From a candidate division FCPU426 bacterium (lineage in GTDB: Bacteria > Oederibacteriota > Muellerivitia > Muellerivitales > Muellerivitaceae), in NCBI GenBank assembly GCA_963738405.1, contig CAVTWJ010000004.1:1-64000 (forward strand): a DNA stretch of 64,000 nucleotides, in the 5' to 3' direction. Both the position numbers and the translations under genes were made by a program. This document shows, one piece after another, positions 35,720 to 46,642 of this stretch. A model generated the notes under the pieces. The model saw nothing but the letters and a program-made list of their open reading frames with translations. It searched no databases and was not told where the DNA came from. How positions within the stretch are numbered: position 1 is the first letter of the stretch; each line of letters starts with the position of its first letter.

Positions 35720-37119
35720 AAACAGCCGCATTCCAAACCAATCAGGCCCTGGGGCACGTTCAACGGGTGCATTTCATCGGCATCGGCGGGGCGGGCATGA
35801 GCGGCATCGCGGCGGTTCTCCTGAGCCTCAAGTACCGGGTGTCGGGATCGGACCTGAAATCCAGCGAGGTGACCGACCGCCTGAAAAAGATGGGGGCCAA
35901 GATTTCTTTCGGCCACAAGGCGGGGAACGTTTCCGATTCCGACGTGGCGGTCTACTCGGCCGCCGTGCCGATGGATAACCCGGAAATCACCGAAGCTATC
36001 CGGCGGGGTATTCCGGTCATTCCCCGAACCGAGATGCTGGGCGAACTGATGCGCTTGAAATACGGCATCGCGGTTTCCGGCACCCACGGCAAGACCACCA
36101 CCACCTCCATGGTCGGCTTGGTGCTGACCGAAGGGGGCTTGGACCCCACCCTGGTCATCGGGGGCCAGGTGGATGCGTTCAAGTCCAACGCCAAGCTGGG
36201 CAAGAGCCCCTACCTGGTGGCGGAAGCCTGCGAGGCTTTCGGAGAATTTTTCCTCCTCTCGCCCATGATTTCCATCATCACCAATATCGATGACGACCAC
36301 CTGGACTATTACGGTTCCATCGAAAAGGTGAGGGACGCCTTCGTGGCCTTCGGGAATAAGGTGCCTTTTTACGGCTGCGTGATCCTCGGGGTGGACGACA
36401 AGCAGGTGAAGTCCATCCTGCCCCAGCTCAAGCGCCGGGCGGTCACCTATGGTTTGGGGCCGGACGCCTCGTTAAGGGCTCAAAAGGTGAAGCTTGAAAA
36501 AATCAGCTCCACCTTCGAGGTGGCTTTGGACGGGCGCCGGTTGGGTGCCCTGAAATTGAACGTGCCGGGAAGGTTTAACATCCAGAACGCCTTGGCGGCG
36601 GTGGCGGTGGGATTGGAACTGAAAGTCTCCTTCAAGGCCATCGCGGCGGGCCTGGTCCGGTTCCATGGGGCCCAGCGCCGGTTCGAGGTCAAGGGAAGCT
36701 ACAAGGGGGCCGTGGTGGTGGATGACTACGCCCACCATCCCACGGCGGTTTTTGAAACCCTGAAGGCGGCAAAGCATTTCGCCGGCAAGAAAAAACTCTT
36801 GGTGGTGTTTCAGCCCCACCTTTTTTCCCGCACCCAGCTTTTGAGGGACAAGTTCGGGAAGGCCTTCTTTGACGCCGATGAGGTCATCATCACCGCCATC
36901 TACCCCTCCCGGGAGAAGCCTATCCCCGGGGTCACGGGGAAGACACTGGTCGAGGCCTTGAGGGAAAACGGACACCGGAAGGCCGAATCCATCGAGGATA
37001 AAAATGTCCTCTTGGAGCAGTTGAAGAACCGGCTGGACGCCAACACCGTGCTTTTAACCATGGGCGCGGGCGATATCTGGAAGGTCGGCAGCGACCTGGT
37101 CCAGAAGCACAGGGGTTGA
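35716..37119 (+). CDS. murC: MurC
   Basis: GIGGAGMSG, GTHGKTTT, DDYAHHP. Confidence 0.97.
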   Translation: MKTAAFQTNQALGHVQRVHFIGIGGAGMSGIAAVLLSLKYRVSGSDLKSSEVTDRLKKMGAKISFGHKAGNVSDSDVAVYSAAVPMDNPEITEAIRRGIPVIPRTEMLGELMRLKYGIAVSGTHGKTTTTSMVGLVLTEGGLDPTLVIGGQVDAFKSNAKLGKSPYLVAEACEAFGEFFLLSPMISIITNIDDDHLDYYGSIEKVRDAFVAFGNKVPFYGCVILGVDDKQVKSILPQLKRRAVTYGLGPDASLRAQKVKLEKISSTFEVALDGRRLGALKLNVPGRFNIQNALAAVAVGLELKVSFKAIAAGLVRFHGAQRRFEVKGSYKGAVVVDDYAHHPTAVFETLKAAKHFAGKKKLLVVFQPHLFSRTQLLRDKFGKAFFDADEVIITAIYPSREKPIPGVTGKTLVEALRENGHRKAESIEDKNVLLEQLKNRLDANTVLLTMGAGDIWKVGSDLVQKHRG

Positions 37120-37122
37120 GGG

Positions 37123-38118
37123 GTGACCGAACGTGAAGCCATGACCGCGGTAGCTCGGAAGGAGTTAAAGGGCGTGAATTTTATCGAACTGAAACGGCTC
37201 ATTGAGGGGCGGGTCACCCTGGACGCGCCCTTAGGCCCCCTGACGACCTACCACATTGGGGGAAGGGCTTCGGCCCTGGTGGAGCCTCAGGGATCGGAAG
37301 ATCTGCAGGAACTCCTGCGCTGTATCTCCCATGGGGGCGTTTCCTACCTGGTCCTGGGGGGCGGCTCCAACGTGCTTTTCGCCGACGAGGGCTACCAGGG
37401 AGTGGTGATAAGGCTGGGAAGGGGTTTCCAGGGCGTTGAAATCGAGGGAACCCGAGTCAGGGCCAAGGCCGGCACCAAGCTGGTGAGTGTTCTGGCCAAG
37501 GCCCGGGAGGCCAATTTGGGGGGCATTGAATTTTTCGCCGGCATCCCCGGAACCATCGGCGGGGCGGTGGCGGGAAACGCGGGCGCCAAGAGGGCCTGGA
37601 TCGGCCCCTTCGTGGAAGAGGTCACGATCGTCAATGTCCGGGGTGAATTGAGGAAACTTTCCGCCGAGGAATTGGTTTTCGGGTACCGCAGTTCCTCTCT
37701 CAAGATGAGCGGAAACGTGCTGGTGGAGGTGGTTCTGAAGCTTAAGAAAGAGCCTAAGGAAATGGTTGAGAAAAAAGTGCGGGAATATTTCAAGGCCCGG
37801 CGGGGCCGCCAGCCCCGCACGGAAAAAAACGCGGGAAGTGTGTTCAAGAACCCCCCGAATGATTTCGCGGGGAAGTTGATTGAGTCGGTGGGGTTGAAGG
37901 GTTTCAAACTGGGCGGGGCGCAGGTGAGTCTGATCCACGCTAATTTCATCGTCAACGACGGAACGGCCACCGCCCATGACGTGGTGGGGGTGATGCGGGA
38001 AATCCAGAAAAGGGTGCGGGAAGCCGCCGGCATCCAGCTGGAACCCGAAATACTCCCGATGGGCAATTGGAACTGGGAAGAGATTAAGGACGTCTGGTGG
38101 AGCTTGAAGGGCCGATAG
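37123..38118 (+). CDS. murB: MurB
   Basis: GGGSN, GIPGTIGGA, AGSVFKNP, HANF. Confidence 0.96.
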   Translation: MTEREAMTAVARKELKGVNFIELKRLIEGRVTLDAPLGPLTTYHIGGRASALVEPQGSEDLQELLRCISHGGVSYLVLGGGSNVLFADEGYQGVVIRLGRGFQGVEIEGTRVRAKAGTKLVSVLAKAREANLGGIEFFAGIPGTIGGAVAGNAGAKRAWIGPFVEEVTIVNVRGELRKLSAEELVFGYRSSSLKMSGNVLVEVVLKLKKEPKEMVEKKVREYFKARRGRQPRTEKNAGSVFKNPPNDFAGKLIESVGLKGFKLGGAQVSLIHANFIVNDGTATAHDVVGVMREIQKRVREAAGIQLEPEILPMGNWNWEEIKDVWWSLKGR

Positions 38119-38267
38119 GCCGGATTCCCGGCCTCGTCGGAAAACCCTTCAAGTTGATAAGGAAGTTGAAGGGATATTCGGCTGAATGAGGATTTTAGGG
38201 AAGTTGAGAAGCACAACGCCAACTCCCGCTTTAAGTGCGGGGAACTTGTTGGAACGGAGAAAAAGAG

Positions 38268-39221
38268 ATGAAAGTTGGAGTTCTATACGGGGGCTGGAGC
38301 CCTGAAAAAAAGGTATCCCTGATGTCGGGGAAAAACGTGTTGGAAGGCCTTCGTGAGGCCGGAATTCAGGCTGTGGGCCTGGAATTAAGCTCGAAAGATA
38401 AAAATCCAACCGTCCTTCGCCGGAGAATCCTGGCCTCAAGAGCGGACCTGCTTTTTATCGCCTTGCACGGCGGGTTTGGAGAGGACGGAACCCTGCAGGC
38501 CCTCCTGGACCAATGGAAGGTGCCTTACACGGGGTCGGGAGCCCTGGCCTGCGGATTGGCCATGCATAAGGGCTGTTCCAAACTGGTGTTTGAGGCGCAG
38601 GAGATTCCCACCGCGCCCTGGACGGCCTTTCATAAATCTTCCGAGCCTTCGAAGCGGCTAAAAGAAATTCGGATGCCTTTTCCTTTGGTGGTGAAGCCAG
38701 CCGACGTGGGCTCGGCCCTGGGGGTCACGATTGTAAGAAATAAAACCGCCCTCTCCCAAGCCCTCCAGACGGCCTTCAAGTACAGCTCCTGGGTACTGGT
38801 GGAAAAGTTCATCGCCGGGGTGGAAGTGACCGTGACGATTTTGGGCAAGAAGGCCCTGCCGGTGGTTGAGATACTGCCGGTGAACGAGTTTTACGACTAT
38901 GACGCCAAGTACACACCGGGCCATTCCACCCATGTGGTGCCGGCCCGGATTACCCCGGCTCAAACCCGGAAGGTCCAGGCCTACGCCCTGAAGGCGGGAG
39001 AAGCCATGGGCTGCCAGGATTACTACCGGGTCGATTTCATCATCCCCAAGAAGGGGGAGCCCCAGCTATTGGAAGTGAACACCGTTCCTGGAATGACCGC
39101 CACCAGTTTGGTGCCGGACGCGGCGAAAGCCGCCGGAATCACCTTTCCTAAGCTGTTGCGCAGGCTTTCCGAGATGGCGTTGAAAAAAAGGCCCCAAGGG
39201 GCCATGGCGAAGGTGGGGTAA
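38268..39221 (+). CDS. ddl: D-Ala-D-Ala ligase
   Basis: LHGGFGEDG, YDAKY, EVNTVPGMT. Confidence 0.96.
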   Translation: MKVGVLYGGWSPEKKVSLMSGKNVLEGLREAGIQAVGLELSSKDKNPTVLRRRILASRADLLFIALHGGFGEDGTLQALLDQWKVPYTGSGALACGLAMHKGCSKLVFEAQEIPTAPWTAFHKSSEPSKRLKEIRMPFPLVVKPADVGSALGVTIVRNKTALSQALQTAFKYSSWVLVEKFIAGVEVTVTILGKKALPVVEILPVNEFYDYDAKYTPGHSTHVVPARITPAQTRKVQAYALKAGEAMGCQDYYRVDFIIPKKGEPQLLEVNTVPGMTATSLVPDAAKAAGITFPKLLRRLSEMALKKRPQGAMAKVG

Positions 39222-40267
39222 TGCATTATCGCGGGACCCAGGTATCAGGCGGAAGAAACGTAAAGGATTCATCAAGGGCCCAAAGGTCCCCGGCGAATCG
39301 CTCTGCGCTCCCTCGGTCCCGAACCTACGGTTTGAGGCTGCCGAAGAGGGAGGAAACGTCCAAGAGTTTCTTGACCTTCTTTAAGAAGGAAGAGGATTCC
39401 AGGCCTTCGGGCAGGGCCTCCTCTTCGGGAAACCGGGAGTCGGCCGCGGCTTACGCTTTTTACCGGCCCGGCGCCGATCCGGAAACGGGGAAGAGGGAGC
39501 TTTTAAAACAAAAAGCTTGGACCTTCCCCGTGCCGGGGGTGAAGGGAGTCCTGAAGGGAGCGGCGCTCTTGGCGATGATCGGCCTAGCGGCCTGGGGTAA
39601 AAACCAGGTGTTGGGGCTTTTGCAGGACGCCTCGGGTTTCAAACTGGCCAAGGTGACGGTGGAGGGCAACCGCTTTCTGCGCGAGGAAGACCTGCTGAAG
39701 GCGGCGGCTCTGCCGCAGGGCGCGAACATGTTCAAGCTGGACCTGGCGGGAGCGGCCGGGCGAGTGGAAAAGCTGGACTGGGTGGAGAAGGCCTTCCTGG
39801 AAAGGCGCCTTCCCCAAACGGTCCTGATCTCGGTGAGGGAGCGAAAGATCGTGGCCCTGTTGGACAGCGGGACGCTTTACGGCGTCACGGGCGATGGACG
39901 GGTGCTCTCGGCCAACGAGGAACTGGCCAAGATGGATTTGCCCCTCCTTTCGGGGGCGGCGGTGGCGCCCGAGGCGGTGGGGACGACTTTGATGGCCTCG
40001 GCCTTGGAGCCGGGATTAAGTTTTTTAGACTTTGCGGTGAGGGAAAAGGCTGGCAGGGCCCAGGACATATCGGAAATCAACCTTTCCGATTCCCAGGCCT
40101 TGAAAGTGACCTTTATTGACGGGGTCACGGCGACTTTTAATCCGCCGGTCACGGCGGGCGAATTACGGAGGCTGGACCTGGTACGCGGGGATTTGGCGCG
40201 CAAGGGACTCAGGGCGGGAACGATGGATTTCCGCTTCAAAGATACGGTGCTGGTCAAGGTGATGTGA
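39221..40267 (+). CDS. ftsQ: FtsQ/DivIB
   Basis: TM followed by POTRA (V.GN…WV……R.LP….I.V.ER) and C-terminal DFRF. Confidence 0.85.
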   Translation: MHYRGTQVSGGRNVKDSSRAQRSPANRSALPRSRTYGLRLPKREETSKSFLTFFKKEEDSRPSGRASSSGNRESAAAYAFYRPGADPETGKRELLKQKAWTFPVPGVKGVLKGAALLAMIGLAAWGKNQVLGLLQDASGFKLAKVTVEGNRFLREEDLLKAAALPQGANMFKLDLAGAAGRVEKLDWVEKAFLERRLPQTVLISVRERKIVALLDSGTLYGVTGDGRVLSANEELAKMDLPLLSGAAVAPEAVGTTLMASALEPGLSFLDFAVREKAGRAQDISEINLSDSQALKVTFIDGVTATFNPPVTAGELRRLDLVRGDLARKGLRAGTMDFRFKDTVLVKVM

Positions 40268-40374
40268 GAAGCCGGTTAGCCTTTTGCCGCCGCCCTTTAA
40301 GGGCTCGGCTTGAGGTCCGCGGCTGTGGGCCGAACGGCTAAAAGCTAACGGCTGAACTCAAGGAGGCGAGGAAG

Positions 40375-41628
40375 ATGGCGAAGGAAATCAAGCAGGACAT
40401 CGTGGTGGGGCTGGATCTGGGGACAACCAAGGTCTGCACCATTATCGGCGAGCAGGATGAGGAGGGGCAGGTCCACATCATCGGCGTGGGCACGACCCCT
40501 TCCACGGGATTGAAGAAGGGGTCGGTGGTGAATATCGAGCAGACCATCGCCTCCATCAAGAAATCCGTGGCGGACGCCGAGCGCATGGCGGGGGTGGAAG
40601 TGGGAGCGGCCTTCGCGGGCGTAGCCGGGGGCCACATCAAGGGCCTCAACAGCCGGGGCGTCATCGCCGTGGCCCGCAAGGATAAGGAAATCAGCGAGGA
40701 CGACCGGGAGCGTGTCATTGAGGCGGCCCAGGCCATCGCCATCCCCATGGACCGGGAAATCATCCACGTGATCCCGCAGGAATACATGGTGGACGACCAG
40801 GACGGCATCAAGAATCCCGTCGGCATGTCAGGGGTGAGGCTGGAAGCGGAGGTCCACGTGGTAACGGGAGCGGTCACCAGCGTACAAAACATCGTCCGGA
40901 GCGTGGAGCGGGCGGGTCTGCAGGTGGCGGACATTATTCTTCAGCCCCTGGCTTCGGCGGAAGCCATCCTCTCGGCGGATGAGAAGGAATTGGGGGTGGT
41001 GCTGGTCGATATCGGGGGAGGAACCACCGACATCGCGGTCTTCATCAACGGGGCCCTGTGGCACACGGGCATCATCACCCTGGGCGGCCAGCTGGTCACC
41101 AGCGACGTGGCGGTGGGTTTAAGGACACCCAATACGGAAGCCGAAGCTATCAAGCTCCAGTACGGTTGCGCTTATACCGCTATGGTGAAGGAAGAAGAGG
41201 AGATCACGGTTCCTGGGGTAGGAGGACGGGCGGACCGGCGCATGCCCCGCCGGGTGCTTTCCGAGATCATCGAGGCCCGCATGGAGGAAATTTTCGAGTT
41301 GGTGGCCGCGGAGCTGAAAAAGCACGGGTTCGAGGACCGCATCCCGGCGGGAGCGGTGATTACCGGGGGTTCGGCTTTGATGGAAGGAACCGCTGAGTTG
41401 GCGGAGAAGATTCTTCAGCTTCCGGTGCGCATCGGGTCCCCCAAGAGGGTCGGGGGGCTGACGGATGTGGTTTCCAATCCCAGCTATTCCACGGCGGTGG
41501 GGCTGGTGTTGATGGGGTTCCAAACGTTCCACAAGAGCGGAACCAAGAAGGGGCAGGGTTTTTCGGGCGAGAACGGGATGAAGAGCATCCTGGACCGGAT
41601 GAAAAAGTGGTTTGGGGATTCTCTTTGA
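40375..41628 (+). CDS. ftsA: FtsA
   Basis: LDLGTTK, DIGGGTT, C-terminal amphipathic helix. Confidence 0.98.
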   Translation: MAKEIKQDIVVGLDLGTTKVCTIIGEQDEEGQVHIIGVGTTPSTGLKKGSVVNIEQTIASIKKSVADAERMAGVEVGAAFAGVAGGHIKGLNSRGVIAVARKDKEISEDDRERVIEAAQAIAIPMDREIIHVIPQEYMVDDQDGIKNPVGMSGVRLEAEVHVVTGAVTSVQNIVRSVERAGLQVADIILQPLASAEAILSADEKELGVVLVDIGGGTTDIAVFINGALWHTGIITLGGQLVTSDVAVGLRTPNTEAEAIKLQYGCAYTAMVKEEEEITVPGVGGRADRRMPRRVLSEIIEARMEEIFELVAAELKKHGFEDRIPAGAVITGGSALMEGTAELAEKILQLPVRIGSPKRVGGLTDVVSNPSYSTAVGLVLMGFQTFHKSGTKKGQGFSGENGMKSILDRMKKWFGDSL

Positions 41629-41745
41629 TGCCTTTTCAGTATGAGAAGTGAGATGTGCAGGGTTGTGTAAAAGAAGCAAGCAGTTCAATGTTGGAGAAGA
41701 GTCCAGGGTGGACTGCCATTCGCAGCAAAATTGAGGGGGATTAAG

Positions 41746-42912
41746 ATGATAGAGTTCGCGGAAGATGATGTGACGCAGTATCTGGCTCACTTGAAGGTTA
41801 TCGGAGTGGGCGGCGGCGGATGCAACGCCGTCAATAAAATGATGGAAGCGGGTGTGGAGGGCGTGGAATGCATCGCCGCCAATACCGACTACAAGTCTCT
41901 TCGCCGAAGCAAGGCGGGGAAAATTATCCAGCTGGGCAAGACCCTGACCAAGGGTTTGGGTTCGGGCGGAAACCCCACGATCGGCAAGGAAGCGGCCATG
42001 GAATCCACCGACGAGATCCAGAAAACCCTGGAAGGGGCGGATATGGTGGTGGTCGCCGCCGGGATGGGCGGGGGCACGGGCACCGGCGCAGCGCCGGTGG
42101 TGGCTGAAATCGCCAAGAAATTGGGGATTCTGACCGTCGCCGTCGTCAGCCGTCCGTTCGAGCACGAGGGTCCGGTCCGCAAGGCCCAGGCCGAGGACGG
42201 GCTTCGGGCCATGCTGCCCCATGTGGACGCCATCGTGGTGATCCCCAATGAGCGCATCAACCTGGTTTGCGAGCAGGATGTGGACCTGATGAGCGCCTTC
42301 GCCAAGGTGGACGAGGTGCTGGTGCAGGCCATCCAGGGCATCTCGGTGATTATCCATTCCGAGGGCGTGATCAACCGCGACTTCGCCGACGTGAAGCGCA
42401 TCCTCACCGCCAAGGGAAAGGTGCTGATGGGTATGGGCGCCGCCACCGGCGAGGATAGGGCCTTGAAGGCGGTCCAAAAGGCCGTTCACAGTCCCCTTCT
42501 AGAGGACGTGGATATCGCGGGCGCCAGCGCGGTGCTGGTATTGGTTACCGCGGGGGCCAATTTCAGCCTGAACGAATTCAACCAGATCAACGGGTTTCTA
42601 CAAAAGGCCGCAAGGCCGGGCGCGGAAATCATTCCAGGGATCGTGCGCGACGAGAACCTGAAGGACGGCCTCAGGGTCACCATCATCGCCACCGGTTTTG
42701 AGGCCGCCAAGGAAGACGCGGCCCTGGAGACGGTTTTGAACCTGGGCGAATTTTTGACCCCGGAATTCAAGACCGCCAAGGGAGCCACCGCTGCCTCCCA
42801 CGCGGCGGAGGACCAGGAACCCGAAACGGAATTCAAGACGGCCGACGGCAAGTACGAGATTCCGGCCTACTTGAGGCGCCGTTTGGCGGGAAAGCCGTTC
42901 CATAACAATTAA
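41746..42912 (+). CDS. ftsZ: FtsZ
   Basis: GVGGGGCNA, GGGTGTG, EIPAYLR. Confidence 0.98.
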   Translation: MIEFAEDDVTQYLAHLKVIGVGGGGCNAVNKMMEAGVEGVECIAANTDYKSLRRSKAGKIIQLGKTLTKGLGSGGNPTIGKEAAMESTDEIQKTLEGADMVVVAAGMGGGTGTGAAPVVAEIAKKLGILTVAVVSRPFEHEGPVRKAQAEDGLRAMLPHVDAIVVIPNERINLVCEQDVDLMSAFAKVDEVLVQAIQGISVIIHSEGVINRDFADVKRILTAKGKVLMGMGAATGEDRALKAVQKAVHSPLLEDVDIAGASAVLVLVTAGANFSLNEFNQINGFLQKAARPGAEIIPGIVRDENLKDGLRVTIIATGFEAAKEDAALETVLNLGEFLTPEFKTAKGATAASHAAEDQEPETEFKTADGKYEIPAYLRRRLAGKPFHNN

Positions 42913-42938
42913 CCAATAGCAGGGGAAAGAAAGGGAAT

Positions 42939-44222
42939 ATGCGACGCAAGTGGAGCCGGAGAACAGTTATGAAGTTGGGTGTTTTGAGTTTGGTTTTCAG
43001 TTTATGGTGCGCTGGAAGTTTCGGCGCTTCGGCCATAACCCCGACCCCGATTTCGGTTCTGGCCCCAACCGTCCCAGCTTCGCCCGCTGGGGTAACGGCC
43101 GCGCCCAAAGCGGTGGGAACCGTAACGGCCGCCGCTGAGGATGAGGGCTTTACGGTGCTTTGCTACCACCGTTTTGTGGGTAAACCCGATTCACATTCGG
43201 GGCCTGTTTCCGCGAACCAGGCTCCGGTGACGGAGAAATCCGCAAAGGCCGCCCTTTTTTCACTTTATAACCTGCCGTTGGAGGAATTTCGCTGGGAAAT
43301 GAAGTATCTCAAGGATCACGGGATAACGCCTATTTCGATCGAGCAGTTGAAGGCCTACTGGTTTGACGGGAAACCCCTCCCCGCCAAGGCGGTGCTTTTG
43401 ACGTTCGATGACGGTTTCCGAAGTATTTACGAAATAGCCTATCCCGTGGTCAAGAGGTACCGCTATCCGGCGGTCCTCTTTGCCTATACGGATTTCATCA
43501 AGTGGCAAAAGGGCTCCCTTCGCTACGATGACATCCTAACGATGCAGAAGGACAACTGGACAATTGAAAGCCACACCAAAAGCCATTTGCATATGGGAAA
43601 GGACGAAGAGAATTATTCGGCGAAGGATTTTGACAGTCTTTTGCAAGAAGAGTTGGGCACGCCCGTGTCCTTTATCAAGGATCATTTTGATTACACAACC
43701 AATGTTTTGGCTTACCCCTACGGCGATTACAACGACGATATTGCGGCCAAGACCCAGGCCATGGGATACAAACTGGCTTTTGGGGTCTGTCCCGGACCCA
43801 ATGACCGGACCGTGCCGCCCCTGAAACTGCACCGGAACCTGATGCTTTACCCCGTCAAACACGAATCCTTCAAGGAAATATTCGAATATAAGGTCCTTCA
43901 TCTATCGGATATGTTCCCGGAGGACGGCCAATGGATTAGCGACCACAAGCCCGCGATCAAGGTAAAGATTTTGGACAACGTGGTTCCCGCCTCCGTAAGC
44001 CTGGGGTTTGACAGCCATCCCGCCGACTTTAAATACGACCCCGCCACGAAGCTCTTGACCCACCTATCGGGGGAAAAACTTTCCTCCGGGGGCCATATCC
44101 TGACGGTCAAGGCCGAGGACGCTCAGGGACAAAAGTTAACCTATAGCTGGTTTTTCCGGATCAAGCATTACCCTAAGCCCAATCCGGCCAAGGAAGAAAC
44201 CCATGAAGCTGACGTCTATTAA
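42939..44222 (+). CDS. exported polysaccharide deacetylase (CE4)
   Basis: LCYH, TFDDG, SHTKSH and AYPYG motifs. Confidence 0.9.
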   Translation: MRRKWSRRTVMKLGVLSLVFSLWCAGSFGASAITPTPISVLAPTVPASPAGVTAAPKAVGTVTAAAEDEGFTVLCYHRFVGKPDSHSGPVSANQAPVTEKSAKAALFSLYNLPLEEFRWEMKYLKDHGITPISIEQLKAYWFDGKPLPAKAVLLTFDDGFRSIYEIAYPVVKRYRYPAVLFAYTDFIKWQKGSLRYDDILTMQKDNWTIESHTKSHLHMGKDEENYSAKDFDSLLQEELGTPVSFIKDHFDYTTNVLAYPYGDYNDDIAAKTQAMGYKLAFGVCPGPNDRTVPPLKLHRNLMLYPVKHESFKEIFEYKVLHLSDMFPEDGQWISDHKPAIKVKILDNVVPASVSLGFDSHPADFKYDPATKLLTHLSGEKLSSGGHILTVKAEDAQGQKLTYSWFFRIKHYPKPNPAKEETHEADVY

Positions 44223-45573
44223 AAACCGCGTTTTCTTTTCTATCGCGCTTGGCGCCTTGTTCCTTCTGGTTTTGCTTGCGCAAGCCAAGGCGGATCACCC
44301 TCCTGCCAAAAGCGCGCTACTGCGGTATGCGGATAAGGCCGGACAGGCAACGGTTGCCCTCCTGCAGGGTCCGGACGGTAAGGTCTATCTGCCCTTGTTG
44401 GAGACGTCTAAATTCTACGGCATCGAGATTCAAAGGGATGACCTGGACGGAAAGATCACCCTCAAGAAGGGGGATGTGCAGGTCAGGCTGATGCTTTCCC
44501 AGCCCTTCTTTTTATTATTGGAAAATCAGGATTCCTATCCCATGGACCCGGCGGAAATGGTGGGCGGGGAGGTGGGACTACCGCCTGGATCGGCGGAGGA
44601 TGTCTTGAACGCCTTGTTGGACGTGGATGTCCGCTGGGATTGGGCGCAGCAAACACTGGTGGCGGGGGAGGTCACCACCCAGGACCTGCGCCAGGAAATC
44701 ATGAAAGCCAAGGAGTCAGGTCCCAATCCCACGCCCGCCCTTACCCCCAATGAGGCGCCTGCCCCGCTTATTATCAATCCAGTGGCGGCCGCCACACAAA
44801 CAGGCGACGAAGCGGAAACCGAAACCTCCGAAGCTCCGCCCCCGCCCCCCTCGGTTGTGGATGAGGACAGGGTTTCGGACAATAAAAAGTACCGCGTCCG
44901 GCGCATCATCATCGACCCGGGCCATGGTGGAAAGGATTACGGCGCAAGCGGTTATGACAACCGCTACTTCGAGAAACAGGCCACCCTGGATATCGCGAAA
45001 AAGGTCATGCAGATCCTCCAAAAAGACCGCAAATTGGAGGTTTATATGACCCGCAAGGCGGATTATTACATCACTTTGAAATACCGCACCGATTTCGCCA
45101 ATACCCGAAACGCGGACCTTTTTGTCTCCATCCACTGCAATTCCAACCCCAAATCCAAGGCTTCGGGAACCGAAACCTATGTCTATGGGGCCCGGGCCTC
45201 CAACCAAATGGCCGCCTACCAGGCTTCCCGAGAAAACGGGAGGGGGGATTATGTCGATTTCACACTCAATGACCTTCTTCATAACGCCTTTAGTTCCAGA
45301 AGCCATAAACTGGCGGAGGATGTGGAACGAAACATCCGCAAGAACCTGGGCCAGCAGATCAGAAGAATTTTGACCGCGCCCTTTTACGTCCTTTGCCGGG
45401 TGAACATGCCCTCGATCCTGATTGAGACCGCCTTTATCAGCAATCCGAAGGAAGAAAAGAAACTCAAGGATGAGGAATGGAAAAACAAAATTGCCCGGTC
45501 CATCGCTGACGGAATATTGTCCTACCGGGACCAAGTGGAGGAAAGTGTTGATACCCGACAAGCCGAGCGCTGA
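44203..45573 (+). CDS. N-acetylmuramoyl-L-alanine amidase (Amidase_3)
   Basis: IDPGHGG, SIHCN and ILIETAF motifs. Confidence 0.93.
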   Translation: MKLTSIKNRVFFSIALGALFLLVLLAQAKADHPPAKSALLRYADKAGQATVALLQGPDGKVYLPLLETSKFYGIEIQRDDLDGKITLKKGDVQVRLMLSQPFFLLLENQDSYPMDPAEMVGGEVGLPPGSAEDVLNALLDVDVRWDWAQQTLVAGEVTTQDLRQEIMKAKESGPNPTPALTPNEAPAPLIINPVAAATQTGDEAETETSEAPPPPPSVVDEDRVSDNKKYRVRRIIIDPGHGGKDYGASGYDNRYFEKQATLDIAKKVMQILQKDRKLEVYMTRKADYYITLKYRTDFANTRNADLFVSIHCNSNPKSKASGTETYVYGARASNQMAAYQASRENGRGDYVDFTLNDLLHNAFSSRSHKLAEDVERNIRKNLGQQIRRILTAPFYVLCRVNMPSILIETAFISNPKEEKKLKDEEWKNKIARSIADGILSYRDQVEESVDTRQAER

Positions 45574-46381
45574 AACCCTTCTTATCTCGCGGGGCGGGGT
45601 AAGCTTTATCACCTTTCCCGGATTAGGGGATTCAGCCCAATTAACCCAGGCCGTTTCCACACGAGTGGGCGGGGTGAGCCGTGGGAAGATGAAAAGCCTC
45701 AATTTGAGCTACAAGGTGGGGGATGATACGCTCCGGGTTGAGGAAAACCGGACCCTCCTCCTGAAGGCCCTGGGCATTCAAGGGGTTCCCGCAATGGTAA
45801 ACCAGGTGCATGGAGACGGAATCCGGCGGGTGGTGAAGGGAGACCGACTGCCCATGGACGGGGTGCTGGGGGAAGGCGATGCCCTGGTGAGCGATGTTCC
45901 CAGGGTTCCTTTGATGATCCTGGTGGCCGACTGTCTGCCGATACTTTTCCATGATCCCGTTCACCGAGCCATCGGATTAGCCCACGCCGGATGGCGGGGA
46001 ACGGTGAACCATATCGGGGCGAAGACCCTTTTGAGAATGCAGGAAGAATTCGGCACCCAACCCGCGGATGTCAAAGCGGCCCTGGGCCCCGCCATCGGAA
46101 GCTGCTGCTACGAGGTCGGACGGGACGTCGCGGATCGCTTTCAAGAGGTCTTTCCTTGGGCCGGGGAGGTTTTGGCCGGCACGGAAGCGGACAGATATAA
46201 GCTCAACCTGGAAGAAGCCAACGCCCGCCAGCTTTTGGAAGTCGGGGTTGTTCCCGAGAATCTATTCCGATCGGGTTTGTGCACAATCAAAAGAAATGAT
46301 TTGTTTTTTTCGTATCGGGCGGAAGCCACACCTGAGCGCCCCACGGGACGGGTTGGGGCCTTGATCATGCTGGCGGGTTAA
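45548..46381 (+). CDS. pgeF: peptidoglycan editing factor PgeF/YfiH
   Basis: NQVHG, ADCLP, HAGWRG, FFSYR; start approximate (GGAGG upstream). Confidence 0.92.
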   Translation: MIPDKPSAETLLISRGGVSFITFPGLGDSAQLTQAVSTRVGGVSRGKMKSLNLSYKVGDDTLRVEENRTLLLKALGIQGVPAMVNQVHGDGIRRVVKGDRLPMDGVLGEGDALVSDVPRVPLMILVADCLPILFHDPVHRAIGLAHAGWRGTVNHIGAKTLLRMQEEFGTQPADVKAALGPAIGSCCYEVGRDVADRFQEVFPWAGEVLAGTEADRYKLNLEEANARQLLEVGVVPENLFRSGLCTIKRNDLFFSYRAEATPERPTGRVGALIMLAG

Positions 46382-46392
46382 AGGAGACGACC

Positions 46393-46590
46393 ATGGGCTG
46401 GTGGAAAGATTTCTGGACGGGTCTCAAAAAGGGGAAGAAAGCCCGGGTTGATAAGCGGAAAGAACAAAGCCGCAGAAAAGGCGACCGCCGCTGGATGGGC
46501 CCGGAAGGTGAAAAACCCAGGGCCAAAAAGGAGCCCCGGCGCAAGAAGGAACGGCGCAAGAAGGCCCGGCGAAAACCCCCAAAGGCCTAA
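46393..46590 (+). CDS. 65-aa highly basic small protein
   Basis: AAGGAG RBS; Lys/Arg-rich. Confidence 0.55.
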   Translation: MGWWKDFWTGLKKGKKARVDKRKEQSRRKGDRRWMGPEGEKPRAKKEPRRKKERRKKARRKPPKA

Positions 46591-46642
46591 TAACCCCCCT
46601 CCCCGGCCAGACATAGCCTGTGATTGGGGTGGTTAACTATTT

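Noticed and set aside
24600..45700. Long antisense and overlapping ORFs across the dcw cluster (e.g. 41119-42489, 31570-32781)
   Set aside because: Shadow frames of well-conserved GC-rich genes.
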